From assembly GCF_032444005.1 (NCBI RefSeq), contig NC_091283.1, forward strand, positions 33,108,001-33,172,000: 64,000 nucleotides of DNA, in the 5' to 3' direction. Made by a program: the position numbers and the translations under genes. The stretch's first letter is position 1. Each line of letters begins with the position of its first letter. This document shows positions 28,001 through 40,100 of the stretch, piece by piece. The notes beneath the pieces were generated by a model, which made no database searches, was not told where the DNA came from, and worked only from the letters and a program-made list of their open reading frames with translations. Origin of the DNA: Ranitomeya imitator (Eukaryota).

Positions 28001-29451
28001 GTGCACCATGTGGCGCTGTGTTTCCGCTCATTGGATAGACGCACACATTGCTATACATTGTGTACACCAGGTGGCGCTGTGTTTCTGCTCATTAGGTGGA
28101 CGCGCACATTGCTATACATTGTGTACACCAGGTGGCGCTGTGTTTCCGCTCATTGGATGGACGCGCACATTGCTATACATTGTGTACACCAGGTGGCGCT
28201 GTGTTTCTGCTCATTAGGTGGACGCGCACATTGCTATACATTGTGTACACCAGGTGGCGCTGTGTTTCCGCTCATTGGATGGACGCGCACATTGCTATAC
28301 ATTGTGTACACCAGGTGGCGCTGTGTTTCCGCTCATTGGATAGACACACACATTGCTATACACTGTGTGCACCAGGTGGCGCTGTGTTTCTGCTCATTAG
28401 GTGGACGCCCACATTGCTATACATTGTGTACACCAGGTGGCGCTGTGTTTCCGCTCATTGGATGGACGCCCACATTGCTATACATTGTGTACACCAGGTG
28501 GCGCTGTGTTTCTGCTCATTAGGTGGACGCGCACATTGCTATACACTGTGTACACCAGGTGGCGCCGTGTTGTCAGAAGTTTCCTAATTCCTCACTGGAT
28601 GATATCTTTAATGAGGAATAATGTTGGTTTGTTTATCACTTGTGCAACTAATATGATACTTAATGGAAGGACAACCCCTTTAAGAAATATTTACATGAAA
28701 TCGGAAACTCCCTTTAAGTAATGTAACTGCTTTGTTCTCCAGTCCGAGTCTCCTGCTCCCAAGAAGACGACCTGCTGTCTCTTCAGACCTTCCTGTCTCC
28801 GCTGCAGACCCTCTCATTCTCCGGCCCTCTCCACCTCTCGGGGGCCGCACCCCGGGCACCCGGGGATGGTCCTGGCTGGGCCTCCGGAGAAGTGACCGAT
28901 GGCTGTCACGTGTACATGAACCTGAGGGTAAGTGACCGGCGTGTCGATCCTCGAGGACCCTCCCTACCATCACCTACCATGGACGCGTTGTCGGTGTGAT
29001 CCCAGGCAGCCGGGACTGCTGCTTCTATTCCCTGACTGACAGCAGAGATCCTGCAAACTGCAATACAAACTGACAGAACTTTTCCCTTTTATTGATGATG
29101 AAGTTTTAGAACTTTTTTTTTTTTTTTTAAAGTTTTGCTCAGTTAAACTTTTTTTTTCTTTTTTGTTGTTTTTTTTTTTTAACCCTCAAGGGATTGGTGG
29201 ATCCGTCCTCCCAACTCCAGAAACTGCAGTCTAAACTCAGCAAGTTAGAGAATCAGCGGAAAGGCAAGATGGAGGAGGAAGAGGAGACAGAGGTGGGTCC
29301 TCATAGCTGCAGAGCTGGACGCGTCTCCGTGGACGTTCCTGTCTGACTTCTTCTTTATCGTCGTTTCTTCTTTTTTTTTCTTTAGAATTCTCTGCAGACG
29401 AAAATCTCCAGAATACGACGTATAATTTCGACCTTGGAACGTTTGTCTTAG
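10023..29451 (+). CDS. VARS2: Valyl-tRNA synthetase, mitochondrial; 29 coding exons, 3090 nt, 1029 aa
   Basis: Exons: 10023-10169, 10241-10322, 13016-13116, 13632-13753, 14825-14891, 15116-15213, 15292-15373, 15696-15815, 16780-16888, 16962-17050, 17613-17703, 17781-17908, 17980-18083, 19354-19435, 19523-19599, 19895-19973, 20055-20169, 20268-20338, 21428-21553, 22046-22150, 23585-23653, 24643-24721, 24936-25063, 26495-26647, 27121-27321, 27401-27512, 28743-28927, 29191-29292, 29386-29451. All introns are GT-AG with consistent phases. Class I motifs: [13 protein letters not shown] (HIGH), [54 protein letters not shown] (KMSKS). No N-terminal GST-like domain and an Arg-rich N-terminus favour VARS2 over VARS1. 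Confidence 0.96.
10590..12960. repeat. Intronic minisatellite, ~55-bp unit (TATGTGGCCTGTCTGGCACTATGTGGGCACAGTATGGCAGTATGTTGTCTATATA)
   Basis: Tandem units have a variable (TA)n tract. A 444-bp higher-order duplication is present (11480/11924). Confidence 0.96.
15850..16740. repeat. Diverged intronic tandem repeat
   Basis: Motifs such as CCCCTTGACAC-GAGGGGAGAC-TGGAC and GGACCATCCCATTCTGCCAC recur. Confidence 0.7.
17400..17600. repeat. Three tandem copies of a ~70-bp unit
   Basis: TGTCGCGGAGC-GCCTT-TATGCCTGTCC recurs at about 17406, 17475 and 17547. Confidence 0.85.
18190..18865. repeat. Intronic minisatellite, 41-42-bp unit (TACTTTCCGAGTAGGATGACACTATGAAACCTAGACATTTAA)
   Basis: About 16 tandem copies are visible. 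Confidence 0.96.
20829..21327. mobile_element. Non-autonomous TTAA-flanked element (piggyBac-like ends)
   Basis: TTAA/CCCCTTCAC ... GTGAGGGGG/TTAA. The interior resembles the elements at about 39500 and 41554. Confidence 0.75.
22560..23450. repeat. GC-rich minisatellite, 18-19-bp unit (CCCCCCTCGTTCCTCCGGG)
   Basis: Tandem array. All overlapping ORFs between 22517 and 23554 are artefacts. Confidence 0.97.
23835..24540. repeat. Mosaic minisatellite (GAGGCTTCTGCGGTGGAGGTCCCGTGCAGTT, ~31 bp and variants)
   Basis: Tandem variant units are visible. Confidence 0.92.
25111..25332. mobile_element. Kolobok/T2-type MITE
   Basis: TTAA/AGGGATGGTCC ... GGACAATCCCT/TTAA, with an internally palindromic body. 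Confidence 0.8.
25416..26173. mobile_element. PIF/Harbinger-type palindromic MITE
   Basis: TIR GGGTACCGTCACAC / GTGTGACGGTACCC, TAA target duplication at 25413-25415 and 26174-26176, and long internal hairpins. Confidence 0.9.
27895..28565. repeat. Intronic minisatellite, 61-bp unit, about 11 copies
   Basis: TCATTAGGTGGACGCGCACATTGCTATACATTGTGTACACCAGGTGGCGCTGTGTTTCCGC is tandemly repeated. Confidence 0.96.
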
Positions 29452-29842
29452 GAGGGAAGATATAGTGAGCGCCACCTTGTGGTCACCGTGTGTATCACGA
29501 GCGCTGATTTGTTATATGACCTGAGGGAGCAGGTGTACTGCCTATTGATGTAGACTTTTTTTTTTTGGACAATGTTTTTACAAGCGGGAACTTAATTGTT
29601 ATCATCTTTACTGGCTGCATGGACGGGTCGATGCGACTCTTTCTCATTATTATTATCTTAAAGGGATTCTCCGGTTTAGAAAAACTATTTTTCTTATGAC
29701 CTATTTTGTACAAGTAGAGGATGCTTAGAGACGTGATACAAAGAGCGTCTCTCGTTCTGGAGGATCAGGGCCTGACCCGTATTACATTTTTTTTTTTAAC
29801 CAAGCCTCAGATTCATCTGGTTCTTCTGCTTTGAGGGCACAA

Positions 29843-30095
29843 TACATAGTAACATAGTTAGTAAGGCCGAAAAAAGACATTTGTCCATCCAGTTCAGCCT
29901 ATATTCCATCATAATAAATCCCCAGATCTACGTCCTTCTACAGAACCTAATAATTGTATGATACAATATTGTTCTGCTCCAGGAAGACATCCAGGCCTCT
30001 CTTGAACCCCTCAACTGAGTTCGCCATCACCACCTCCTCAGGCAAGCAATTCCAGATTCTCACTGCCCTAACAGTAAAGAATCCTCTTCTATGTT
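29843..30095 (-). mobile_element. CR1-type LINE 3' end fragment, antisense
   Basis: It begins ACATAGTAACATAG, the reverse complement of the CTATGTTACTATGT tail of CR1 elements, followed by CR1-like 3' sequence. Recognised from memory. Confidence 0.7.
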
Positions 30096-30479
30096 GAACA
30101 AAATCTATGATGGACAAAATCTGCGTCGCTCCTGGTTCTTACTGGTTATCGCCCATTGTTAACATTTTTTCTGCCTTGTGGAAGAGTCGGACACCCGTGT
30201 AACTCTGAGGAAGATCGCAACGTGTTGCTCGGACTGTCTGGCGGCTTTCCCGGCAGCTGCATAGAAGTACATGCTGTCGCGCCTGGGTCGGCAGAGCCAT
30301 CGGCCAGTCCGAGCATTGCGTTGCGATCTTATACGGTCGTCGGACTCTTCCTTTACACTGATTGTGAAGTATTTTGTCCAGTGCTGCATTTTTAACCAAT
30401 AGTCCAATGCATTGGGTCATCTCCTTCTGCGTAGGCAAGAGAGACAAAAACGTGCGTCTCCTGCGCCGCCTCACTGTTG

Positions 30480-30939
30480 GGCCCCTTTCCCACATTAGTT
30501 TTTTGCCGTCAGTCACAATCCTTTGGCTCGACGGATCCGTCGCAGATTGCGAAAAACTGATGCGACGGATCCGTCCCCAAAAAAACTAGCGGATCTGGCT
30601 AATTGGATCAAAGCATGCGCCGTTAGAAAAGAACGGAATCCGGCGCCGGATTCCATCATTTGACGGATCCGACGCTATAGGCTTCCATTCTAGCAAATGA
30701 CAGATGGCGACGGATCCGTCGCTGTCCGTTTTTTTCGACGTACACAAAAAAAAACGTTACTTTGTCCGCCGGACAAATAATTTTCAACGGATGCGGCGAG
30801 CGATGGATGAAGCGTGAGGACATACAAGTCTATGAGAAAAAAAAAAAACGGATCCAGTGGCAACAGTCGCCAGATCCGTTTTTTTTCTAAATTCGATGGA
30901 TTGCGACTGATGGCAAAAAACTGATGTGTGAAAGGGGCC
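30480..30939. mobile_element. MITE with long TIRs (probably Harbinger-type)
   Basis: GGCCCCTTTCCCACATTAGTTTTTTGCCGTCAGTCACAATC is inverted at the far end as GATTGCGACTGATGGCAAAAAACTGATGTGTGAAAGGGGCC. The target duplication is degenerate. Confidence 0.8.
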
Positions 30940-31129
30940 GAATCACCTTGTTTGGCGGATAGTCAGGGACCTTGGGTTATATGTAAGCGAAGAACAGAGA
31001 TAAAATCTGCGTCTCTCCAGTCTCACTGCTTTTTCCTGAGTGTGAGGGATTCTTTTTGCCTTCTGGCCAAATGTCAGATCTTGTAGAGTTGTTCGTTTTG
31101 GGTGCCTGCCCCCTATATTATAGAACATT

Positions 31130-32490
31130 GTGTCGTTATGGACTGTGCAAGAAGCAATACCATGGACGGTAAGAAGAACAAGTACCGTATATACTCGAGT
31201 ATAAGCCGACCCGAGTATAAGCCGACCCCCTTAATTTTGCCACAAAAAACTGGGAAAACTTAATGACTCGAGTATAAGCCTAGGGTGGAAAATGCTGCAG
31301 CTACCGGTAAATGTCAAAAGTAAAAATAGATACCAATAAAAGTAAAATTAATTGAGACATCAGTAGGTTAAGTGTTTTTGAATATCCATATTGAATCAGG
31401 AGCCTCATATAATGCTCCATAAAGTTTATGATGGGCCCCATAAGATGTTCCATATTAAAATATGCCCAATATAATGCTGCATAAAGGTTAATAATGGCCT
31501 CATAAGATGCTCCATAGACACATTTGCCCAATATAGTGCTGCACAAATGCTGATTATGGCCCCATAAGATGCTCCATACAGTCACTTGCCCCATTTGCCG
31601 TTGCTGCGATAAAAAAATCACATACTCGCCTCTCCGTCGCTCAGGCCCCCGGCACTTTCAATATTCACCTGACTTCGTTCCGGCGCCGCTCCATCTTCAG
31701 CGTCTCCTGCACTGACGTTCAGGCAGAGGGTGCGCACTAACCACGTCACCTGACCTGAGCGTCACTGCAGAAGACGGAGCGGCGCCGGAACGAGGAGCAG
31801 GTAAATATCGCGCAGTGCCGCTCCCCTCCCCGTTATACTCACCTGCTCCTGGCGCGGTGCAGTCCCTGCTTCCCCACAGCTTTTTCCTGTTTTGAGCGGT
31901 CACCGTTACCACTCATTACAGTAATAAATATGCGGCTCCACCCCTATGGGAGGTGGAGCCGCATATTCATTACTGTAATGAGCGGTACCATGTGACCGCT
32001 CAGTACAGGAAGAAGCTGCTGGGGAAAAGACGTGCAGGGACTGCGCCAGGAGTAGGTGAGTATAATTAGACAGCCCCCGCTTCCCCCTCACCTGCCGACC
32101 CCTGGGTATGACTCGAGTATAAGCCGAGAGGGGGACTTTCAGCCCCAAAAAATGGACTGAAAATCTCGGCTTATACTCGAGTATATACGGTATATCAATT
32201 TTGGAACAAGTCAAGCCAGACGTGTCACTCGAAGCAAGTATCGGCAATCTTGGACTTGACTACTTTGGAAACATGCGAAGAGAACAATCACCAGAGAAGG
32301 ACATCATGGTCGGAATAATAGAAGGAACATGGCGACGAGGAAGACCAGCAACCCGATGGCCTGATTCCATCAAGATACCAGCATAGAAGACCCTGGTGTA
32401 CCTATCTAGGCTCGCACAAGATCGATCTTCCTACAGAGCGTTCATCAAGTCGTCATGTCTCGAGATCGAGCCGAAGGCCGTTAAATGATA
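31130..32490 (+). mobile_element. RTE-clade LINE 3' fragment interrupted by a Tc2-like MITE
   Basis: The right part reads LEQVKPDVSLEASIGNLGLDYFGNMRREQSPEKDIMVGIIEGTWRRGRPATRWPD, typical of the RTE ORF C-terminus (YFGH...LEK.IM.G.IEG.RRRGRP..RW.D). Confidence 0.75.
31185..32190. mobile_element. Tc2/pogo-like non-autonomous DNA transposon
   Basis: TA/CCGTATATACTCGAGTATAAGCCGA ... TCGGCTTATACTCGAGTATATACGG/TA, a perfect 25-bp TIR with a TA duplication. Confidence 0.9.
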
Positions 32491-33892
32491 TTAATAACAA
32501 GAAGCAAAGCTCTAAAATCACACGCGAAGACCCCGACATATGACACAAGTAGGTTTTATTGCACATATGAAAAAAAAAAACTATTTTAATGTAATTTTCA
32601 GATTTTTTTTTTTATCAAACCAAAAAACATCACAAACACACTCTGTATGGCACAAAACGCCCCCCGTCAGGAGCCGTGTTCAGTGGACTGGAGAAGGAAC
32701 TGGAAAAGTTATGGAGCTACGAGTGAGAAGTTGTCGGTAATGAGACCACCTAACGTATCACGCGGACAAAACCTTACATATGTGAGAGATGCAGGATGGG
32801 GCTGAAGGGGGTCGGTACAAAAATAAATATATACAAATTCTGGCTTTACTTTATTTATAAAAAAAAAATAAAAATTTGCTCACGGCGGTCAGCGGCAGAT
32901 AGAGGAGTGAAGTCCTGCAAAGTAAAAGATGTGGTTAGTAAAATCAGAAGAATGACGGTTTTCAGGAGTCCGTGTCTTTTGGTGGACTTGGTTCTCACTT
33001 TAGTTTAGCCTCCCGATCGTTAACGCTAAATACCCTACATGGACAAAAGTATGTCACGTCTTAATCACTGGATTCTGGGTTCTCATTTATCCCCTTGCCC
33101 CTGATGTATGACATCGGACCCCACTGCTACTGGATGAGCATGCAAGTCTTCTGAATGTGACGTGAGAAGTAAGCCGCCCCTGGCAATAGCTTATCTTTTC
33201 TAAAGGATCGGGCATGTTGGAACCCAACTATCTGACCCTTCTCTTTCTGTCCCGATATACACTAGCTCGTCTGTCTGTCTCACGGAAATCGACTGGTTTG
33301 GCAATAATGTATGTGGATTGTAGAATGTCCTAGTGAACTTCTAACTTTGCTAAATTCCAGAATTGGTCATTGTGCTTTGTATGTACAAATGTCCATATAT
33401 CAAAAAATGACAAAGATGATTTATTCAATTTCTTCAGCCATGGACCCCATAGACTTACCTCAATGACTAATTACACTCTCCATCATGGATTCATCACCCT
33501 GACTGCTGAACTTGTTTCTGTATAGAACCTGTAGACGAAGACCCAAGCAATCTCATTACTATGCACCCTCCACCATCACGTCGTATGTTTTGTATAGACT
33601 CCTTGTCTAAATGCGTTAATGCAATGGCTGAGCACTAACATCATAATTTTTGGGTGAAGAAACTGCTCTATATGCTTAGTTGGACATGAGTCCTGAAGGT
33701 TTGAAGACCCTCTGCCATCATAGAGAAGCATCTAGCACCTCAATATCGCCTACTACAATCATGGACTAATGTACTTCATGGTTCATGATTACTTGTGGAG
33801 TGAGGGACATGGAGGAAGGCTCAATCATTGGAGAGCATATATAAAGTATTTGCACAAGGGTCCCCGGCAATACATAAACTATAAATGGGGGT

Positions 33893-34152
33893 TCACTGGT
33901 GCTCTTGACCATGACCTGAAGAACTACTACATCTTCCTATTGATCCACCACCACTTGGCCACACTGTACCTTGACTTTGGGATTGTTGGATTTGGGAGAA
34001 ACTTCTTCCTCCTCCTGCTCCTTGATTTGCTGATCCTCCACCAGTTCCACCACTAGATCCATGGCTTTGTGAGACCTGTGAAAATCCGCCGCCAGTTCCT
34101 CCACTACCACCAGTTCCTCCAGAACCTCCACCATGGTTTGATCCTTTATCAG
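33893..34152 (-). CDS. Gly/Ser-rich gene, exon 4 (last coding exon)
   Basis: Acceptor TTTCAATTTCTTTACAG/CT, phase 1. It encodes [35 protein letters not shown]...[14 protein letters not shown], with the TGA at 33895-33893. Confidence 0.8.
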
Positions 34153-37100
34153 CTGTAAAGAAATTGAAAGTCAATGACTAACGGTGTAGTAAAAGTATGT
34201 CTAGAAGAATAATCCCAATTCGGGCCATACTTCAAAAATTTTAGCCGCCATTTTCCACCGCGAGGGGGCTGATCTGTGCACGGCTTCTGCTGACCTACCT
34301 ACAGGACATATATAAAGCTGCAGCCTCGTACTGGCAGCAACCCATGTAACGGACAAGAGAGGGGAACCCATGAGTCACTGACGGAATTGGCTTAGGACTA
34401 AATCTGTTGACGCGGTCTACTAGACTGTGACTTCTTCATTCGCAATTCCTCGAGTAGCATATTTTTAATGCAATCACTGGCACATAAATTGGCTGAAGTC
34501 ACCATGTCGTACAAGGTCAGCTGGTAAGAATTTGTCCGATGGTGCCCGAGTCAAGGGAGGCAGAGCTCGGTCACAAGAGGCAGATCAGCAAAGGTTTAGA
34601 TGGACACCAGACAGCAAGACATGGAAAAAATGCAAGCTGATCTGATACCAAACGGGACCAAACACCAGTTGTTTCTGGTACCTGAGGGATCATATTTTTT
34701 AGGGATGGGGTAAGGGTATTTTAAAAGTCATAGAGGAGAACTTTAAGTAGAGTTTGGATCGGGCACATGCATGACCAGTATGGAATAATATAGGAGGAGA
34801 ACATCGAAAAGGAAAGTGACGCAGGACATCCAGGCCTGTAGTATGTGAATGATAGAAGAACAGTGATCTGAATTAAAAAAAAACTGTTTTAGGTTAAAGG
34901 TTAGGTTAAAAGATTAATTTGAAATATTTTTGGGGGAACTCATCCTAAGAGCATGCAGTCTTAGAAAGTGTGAGCTTCGGTGTGATTCTTACGTTGTCCA
35001 CTCTTATTACATCCTGGGGACACGGGAACATCTTTTGGGTTTACTCCGGCTAGAACAAAAACATAAGTTGGAAAATAAGTTAATATAAAATGTAAAACTT
35101 GGCATTGAGTGGCTTCTACATCTTGTATTCTTTACAATATCTTAGGGAACTGCACAGAGAAACGTGACCTGACCGCTGCTCCCAACTACAAAAGTGTATC
35201 TCCTGACACAAGCCTAAAATCCAAATAAAAAAAAAAATATTATGGTCTATACCAGGTCTGTTTTGACTCCTTATGTGTGGCTACCTAATCAAGCTTCAAT
35301 TACCAGTAAAACCTCTGATGATCTATCATTTCTGTATACTTTAGGAGCTTTTAGTTTTTCGATCTTAAGAGATGTTAAAATGTGTCTGCAACATATCGAC
35401 TGGTATGGATGCTTTGTATTTTGAGGGACTGGGGAACTCAACTGGAGTCCATATAATGATCCTCATAAAGCCATAAACTACTGGGGCCATGAAGTCCCTA
35501 TCATGAGACATCTGCCCCACCAGCTATGACTACGAAGTCCATCACCAGTGTTAAATCTCTTCATTGGGCAAAACAGATCTGAATGTGTTTTACAATGGGT
35601 CATTGCAATGAAGACTACTTTGAATAAATTGGTCAAAAGTTTTAGATGACAAATATTAGGGTAGGACCCCCCCCCCCTCCAAACTATAAATTATTTTATA
35701 TCTATACTTACGTGGTAGCTTAACAGAGATTGTTGAACTGCCGCTGGATCCGGAGCCAGTGCCAAAAGAGCCTCCAACGCCACCGATACTACCACCATGA
35801 ATAATCTGTCCAGAACCCACACTTCCTCCGGAAAACGAGCCTCCTCCAGAATGTTGCCCAAATGAGCCTCCACTTCCTCCAGAAAATGAGCCTCCTCCTG
35901 AGTTCTGCCCAAACGACCCTCCACTTCCTCCAGAAAATGAGCCGCCTCCAGAATTCTGCCCAAATGAGCCTCCACTTCCTCCAGAGAATGAGCCTCCTCC
36001 AGAATTCTGGCCAAATGAGCCACCACTTCCTCCAGAAAATGAGCCTCCTCCTCCAGAATTCTGCCCAAATGAGCCACCGCTTCCTCCAGAAAATGAGCCT
36101 CCTCCTCCAGAACTCTGCCCAAATGAGCCTCCACTTCCTCCAGAGAATGAGCCTCCTCCAGAATTCTGGCTGAATGAGCCTCCAGTTCCTCCAGAAAATG
36201 ATCCTCCACCACCTCCAGGACTCTGACCAAATGAACCTCCAGAAAACGAGCCTCCACCAGAACTCTGCCCAATTGAACCTCCACTTCCTCCCGAGAATGA
36301 GCCTCCTCCAGAACTCTGGCCAAATGAACCTCCTGTGCCTCCACCTGTTCCAATGAATTGTGAACTTCCTCCTCCTCCAGAATTGCTAAGGACATATGGT
36401 ACTCCTCCACCGCCACTTGTAAGGATGCCACTATTACTTTCCATGCTGCCTCCTCGTATAACAGTGTTGCTGTATTGTATATCGGCTTGCACGAGCTGGG
36501 AGCCGCTTCCTCCACCTGCAGATCCACTCATAGCTCCTCCTGAAGATGCAGCTACACCTGCAAAAGCCAACACAAAGGTTATTACGTGATCTCCGTGGCT
36601 CATCATCAATTAAATTATTTCTGAAGGCTTTTGATGTTGAGGAACTTTGCACCTTCATGTCTTATATACTACTCGCATTGAGAGTTGCATTCACAATTCA
36701 GTTTGTTAGATCAGCTCTATGGGCTTATTTATTTGCACTCCTTGCTGGTTCAGTGTCTGGACAGATCGTTCTTGAAAATTGGAATCCATTAGAATTTTTT
36801 CAGCAGCCTCAGAAGAACGATTCTTTAAAAGCTTTTTCCAGGCTTACTATATTGATGATGTATCCATAGAATAGATAATCGATAGCAGACCAGTGGAGGT
36901 CCAACACCTGGGACCCCAACTAATCAGCTGCTTGCAGATCCAGTTGGGGTCATAAATAAACAGTTCTCTGTTCACAATCCTGAAAACAGCCAATTGGTGG
37001 ATGTGCCAGGCGTTCGACCTGCAGCGATCTGATATTGACCATCTATTCTATGGATAGGTCATCATCTTAGTCTTAGAAAACCCCTTTAATGACTACCCTG

Positions 37101-40100
37101 AGAGATGACCACAAATTGCTTTCGAGGCTACTAGGACCATTTATTAAATGTGTTCCAATACAATATCTCATATTGACATTGTGTAATATCTGTCCTGAAG
37201 AAGAGGCCGAAGTAATCTCGAAGGTTTATCGTAAGTTTCTCAGTTGGTCATTAAAAGGCATCTACAACTAAAGACTATCTGCTTGCATCTTTTCCATCTA
37301 CTGGCTAATATAGTACAAAGCACTTTTTTCTTTAAAAAAAATTGCAGAATGGTGAATGCAGCTGTGAAGGTAATCGGCATATAAGCCTTGGTATAACTCA
37401 ACTACACACAGACCCAATGTTATTGACCCATGAATAGCGGAACCATTCCTCATTGCCAGATCCATTTTTGACTCCTTGTATAACTCCTCTCTATACCGTC
37501 CATATCACCATGGCTGCCCCAATATTAATGTCATGGAGATGTTCTCATGTGTTCTAGTAAGAACTGATGTGACTAATGTAGAAAGTGGGCCGCTCTACCA
37601 GTAATGTCGAGAATACTCACTAGAAGAGCCACCGCCGGAAATCTGGACATAGCCCGGCGTCCCATCACATACAGGAAATGCGGCAATGGGATCTGCGAAA
37701 AATAGCGAGTAAACAATGGTGAAAATATCCTAAAATAATACACTACACTACTAATATTAATCTATACATAAGTATATTATCCACATTTATATATCTAGTA
37801 TTTGTCCATTTCAATCACTCTAATATCTAGGTAAAATGTAGTTATACGGTGATAGCTTTGACCACTGTGCCTGCGCTGTTCCTGCGATTTTGGTGCTTAG
37901 TCTTCTGGGGCTCGTGTAACCAATTAGCAACCACTTCCCTAGGACAAAACTGAGATCTGAAGGAAGTTCTCACTTTTCTGGGTGTCAGTTTTGGCAGAAG
38001 AAAGTGAAGGAAGTGGACGCTGATGAGCTGCAGGGCTTGAGTGACATTATGTCATGCAAGCCCCAGGAGACCAGTTGCCGATGTCATAGGAATGGCACAG
38101 GCAACGGAGGTGAGTTTAGCTCTTACATGGAGGAAACATGTTTAAGAAAGGGTTGTCCGAGTAGTGGACAACCGCTTTATGTTTTTCTATTGGACAGTAC
38201 TTTGCCGTAACACGTAACTTACCGGTGGGACCTGTCGGTGTGTAGCTTGGGATCCTGCAATACAACTGAGGAGCCGCATCTGCGAAGATAAAAGCCAACA
38301 TGAAGTAATTCACAATAAACATAAAAAAGTCGACAATATTTGGGATTCCTTCAGGTTATGTTGCAAAACATAATTTGTTGATTTTGGCTTCCCGACAGTC
38401 TGATGGATGAGTGTTTGTGTCGGCCGCATTCTGTACCCGGCACTAATCGCAATCAATCATCTGCTGCAATAATTCCTCCAAGTTTATGTAAGTTCCCGGT
38501 ACGTTAATCTACTTTTGTCTAGATCGTCTTACTCTTGGATCTGAGGTTACGGATTAGAACAGTTGGATAGTTTTGTGTGATTTTCATATTTTGTTTTATA
38601 CTTTTTTTTTTTTTTTGTATCTAGAGAAAGTCATAAGCCTACAAAAATAAGTTTCTAATTCTTGCCACATTTTTCTTTAATCTTCTTTAGCCCACATGTA
38701 TCTAGGCAAAGTCTTACACCAACATAAATCGTTTGCATTTCTTAGGAAATGTTTTATTAGTTCCTTTCTGGAACTTTTGCTTTTTAAGATTTTCTTTGTA
38801 CCTTTTTTTAGGCCACATGTTCCTCAAACATTAGAAAATTGAGGAAAAAATCATAACCCTACATAAGTTATGCCAAAGTAAAAAGCAAATAAGAGGGAAA
38901 AAATGACCGTTTCTAATTTTATAGTTTTTTTTGAGGGGACTTTTTTATGCTACTGTATTACTATTTGCATTCATTTTGTCTTTTACGTTTCCCACTGGTT
39001 TCTTAGAAATCAGAATTTTAGGAAAACCTTAATGCTGAGTAAATCATGTAAAGTGAACCACAAATAATAACATATTCAATCCAAAAAGCAAAATATTGCT
39101 AAATGTAGTCACTTGTTTCTTTTTATCATTTTTCTACCTATTTTACGTTCCTTTTTTATGCCACATAATTACTATGTGAACTTTGGAAATAATCGGACTG
39201 ATATATTATGCAATCTTAGACTTAATACCGGCAAATCTGGTATGAAGAAAGTCTTAGGGTGGAAAAGATTGTAATAACCAGCGTCTTCCTCCCCTTTAGC
39301 CTTAGGCACTGTGTACATGGAACAATAGGGTGCTACAATTATATATAAGGACTATCCTACAATATAACCCGTACCTCAATTATCATGCCTGCTGCAACAT
39401 GTCCTACACACCCTTATACCAAAATTTTGCTACCGAAGCACATAGTTGGAAACTGCCCTTCGTAGCTCCCAAAACCATGGCATTATTCTAACCATTAATC
39501 CCTTTCCGAAATGGAGCGCAACAGTACCCAGATGTCGGACTCCCTCCCTCACCGCTGGAGCCCACATCTTTCCCAGGACATGTCGCTATTTTGAACAGCT
39601 GACATGTGCCTTTAACAGCCGCGGGTGGAATCGCGATCCACCCGCAGCTGTTAACTAGTTTAATACCGTTTTCAATCTAACAGCGGCATTTAATGCGAGC
39701 TTCTGAAAAGTGTGCCAGGAATCTCACCCATCGATAACCCCATCATGTGATCAGGGGTCACCGATGGGTTGGCATGACAACCAGAGGTCTCCAGTAGACC
39801 TCTTTGGTTGTCACTGCTGGATTGCTATGAACGCCCCTCCGGTGGTCGGCGCTCATAGTGAGTGAGCATTTCTGCTACATACATGCGATCTGATCATCTC
39901 CTGTATATAGCAGATCCGATTGGGTTATGGCAGCTTCTATTCTCCCATGGAGGCTATTGAAGCATGCCACAAGTAAAACAAAGTTTTTAAAAATATTCAA
40001 GAAATATAAAAGTTCAAATCAATCCCCTTTCACCCCATTCGAAATAAAACAATGAAAACAAAAAATCAAACATACACCTATTTTGTATTGCCGCGTTCAG

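Noticed and set aside
10023-29451. Assignment as cytosolic VARS1
   Set aside because: There is no N-terminal GST-like domain, and the exon-level sequence ([28 protein letters not shown]) follows VARS2 as I recall it.
33821-33892. 23 open codons after the stop of the Gly-rich gene (TPIYSLCIAGDPCANTLYMLSND), with a DPC motif reminiscent of CDSN
   Set aside because: A run this long is common by chance (roughly one in three) and the TGA-A context is not leaky. Only orthologue comparison could revive it.
35691-36527. Alternative frames over the Gly-rich exon ([10 protein letters not shown] on -, PPENEPPP on +)
   Set aside because: They are shadows of GGN/TCN codons. Only the Gly frame fits the splice phases of the neighbouring exons, and the + frame hits a TGA near 36224.
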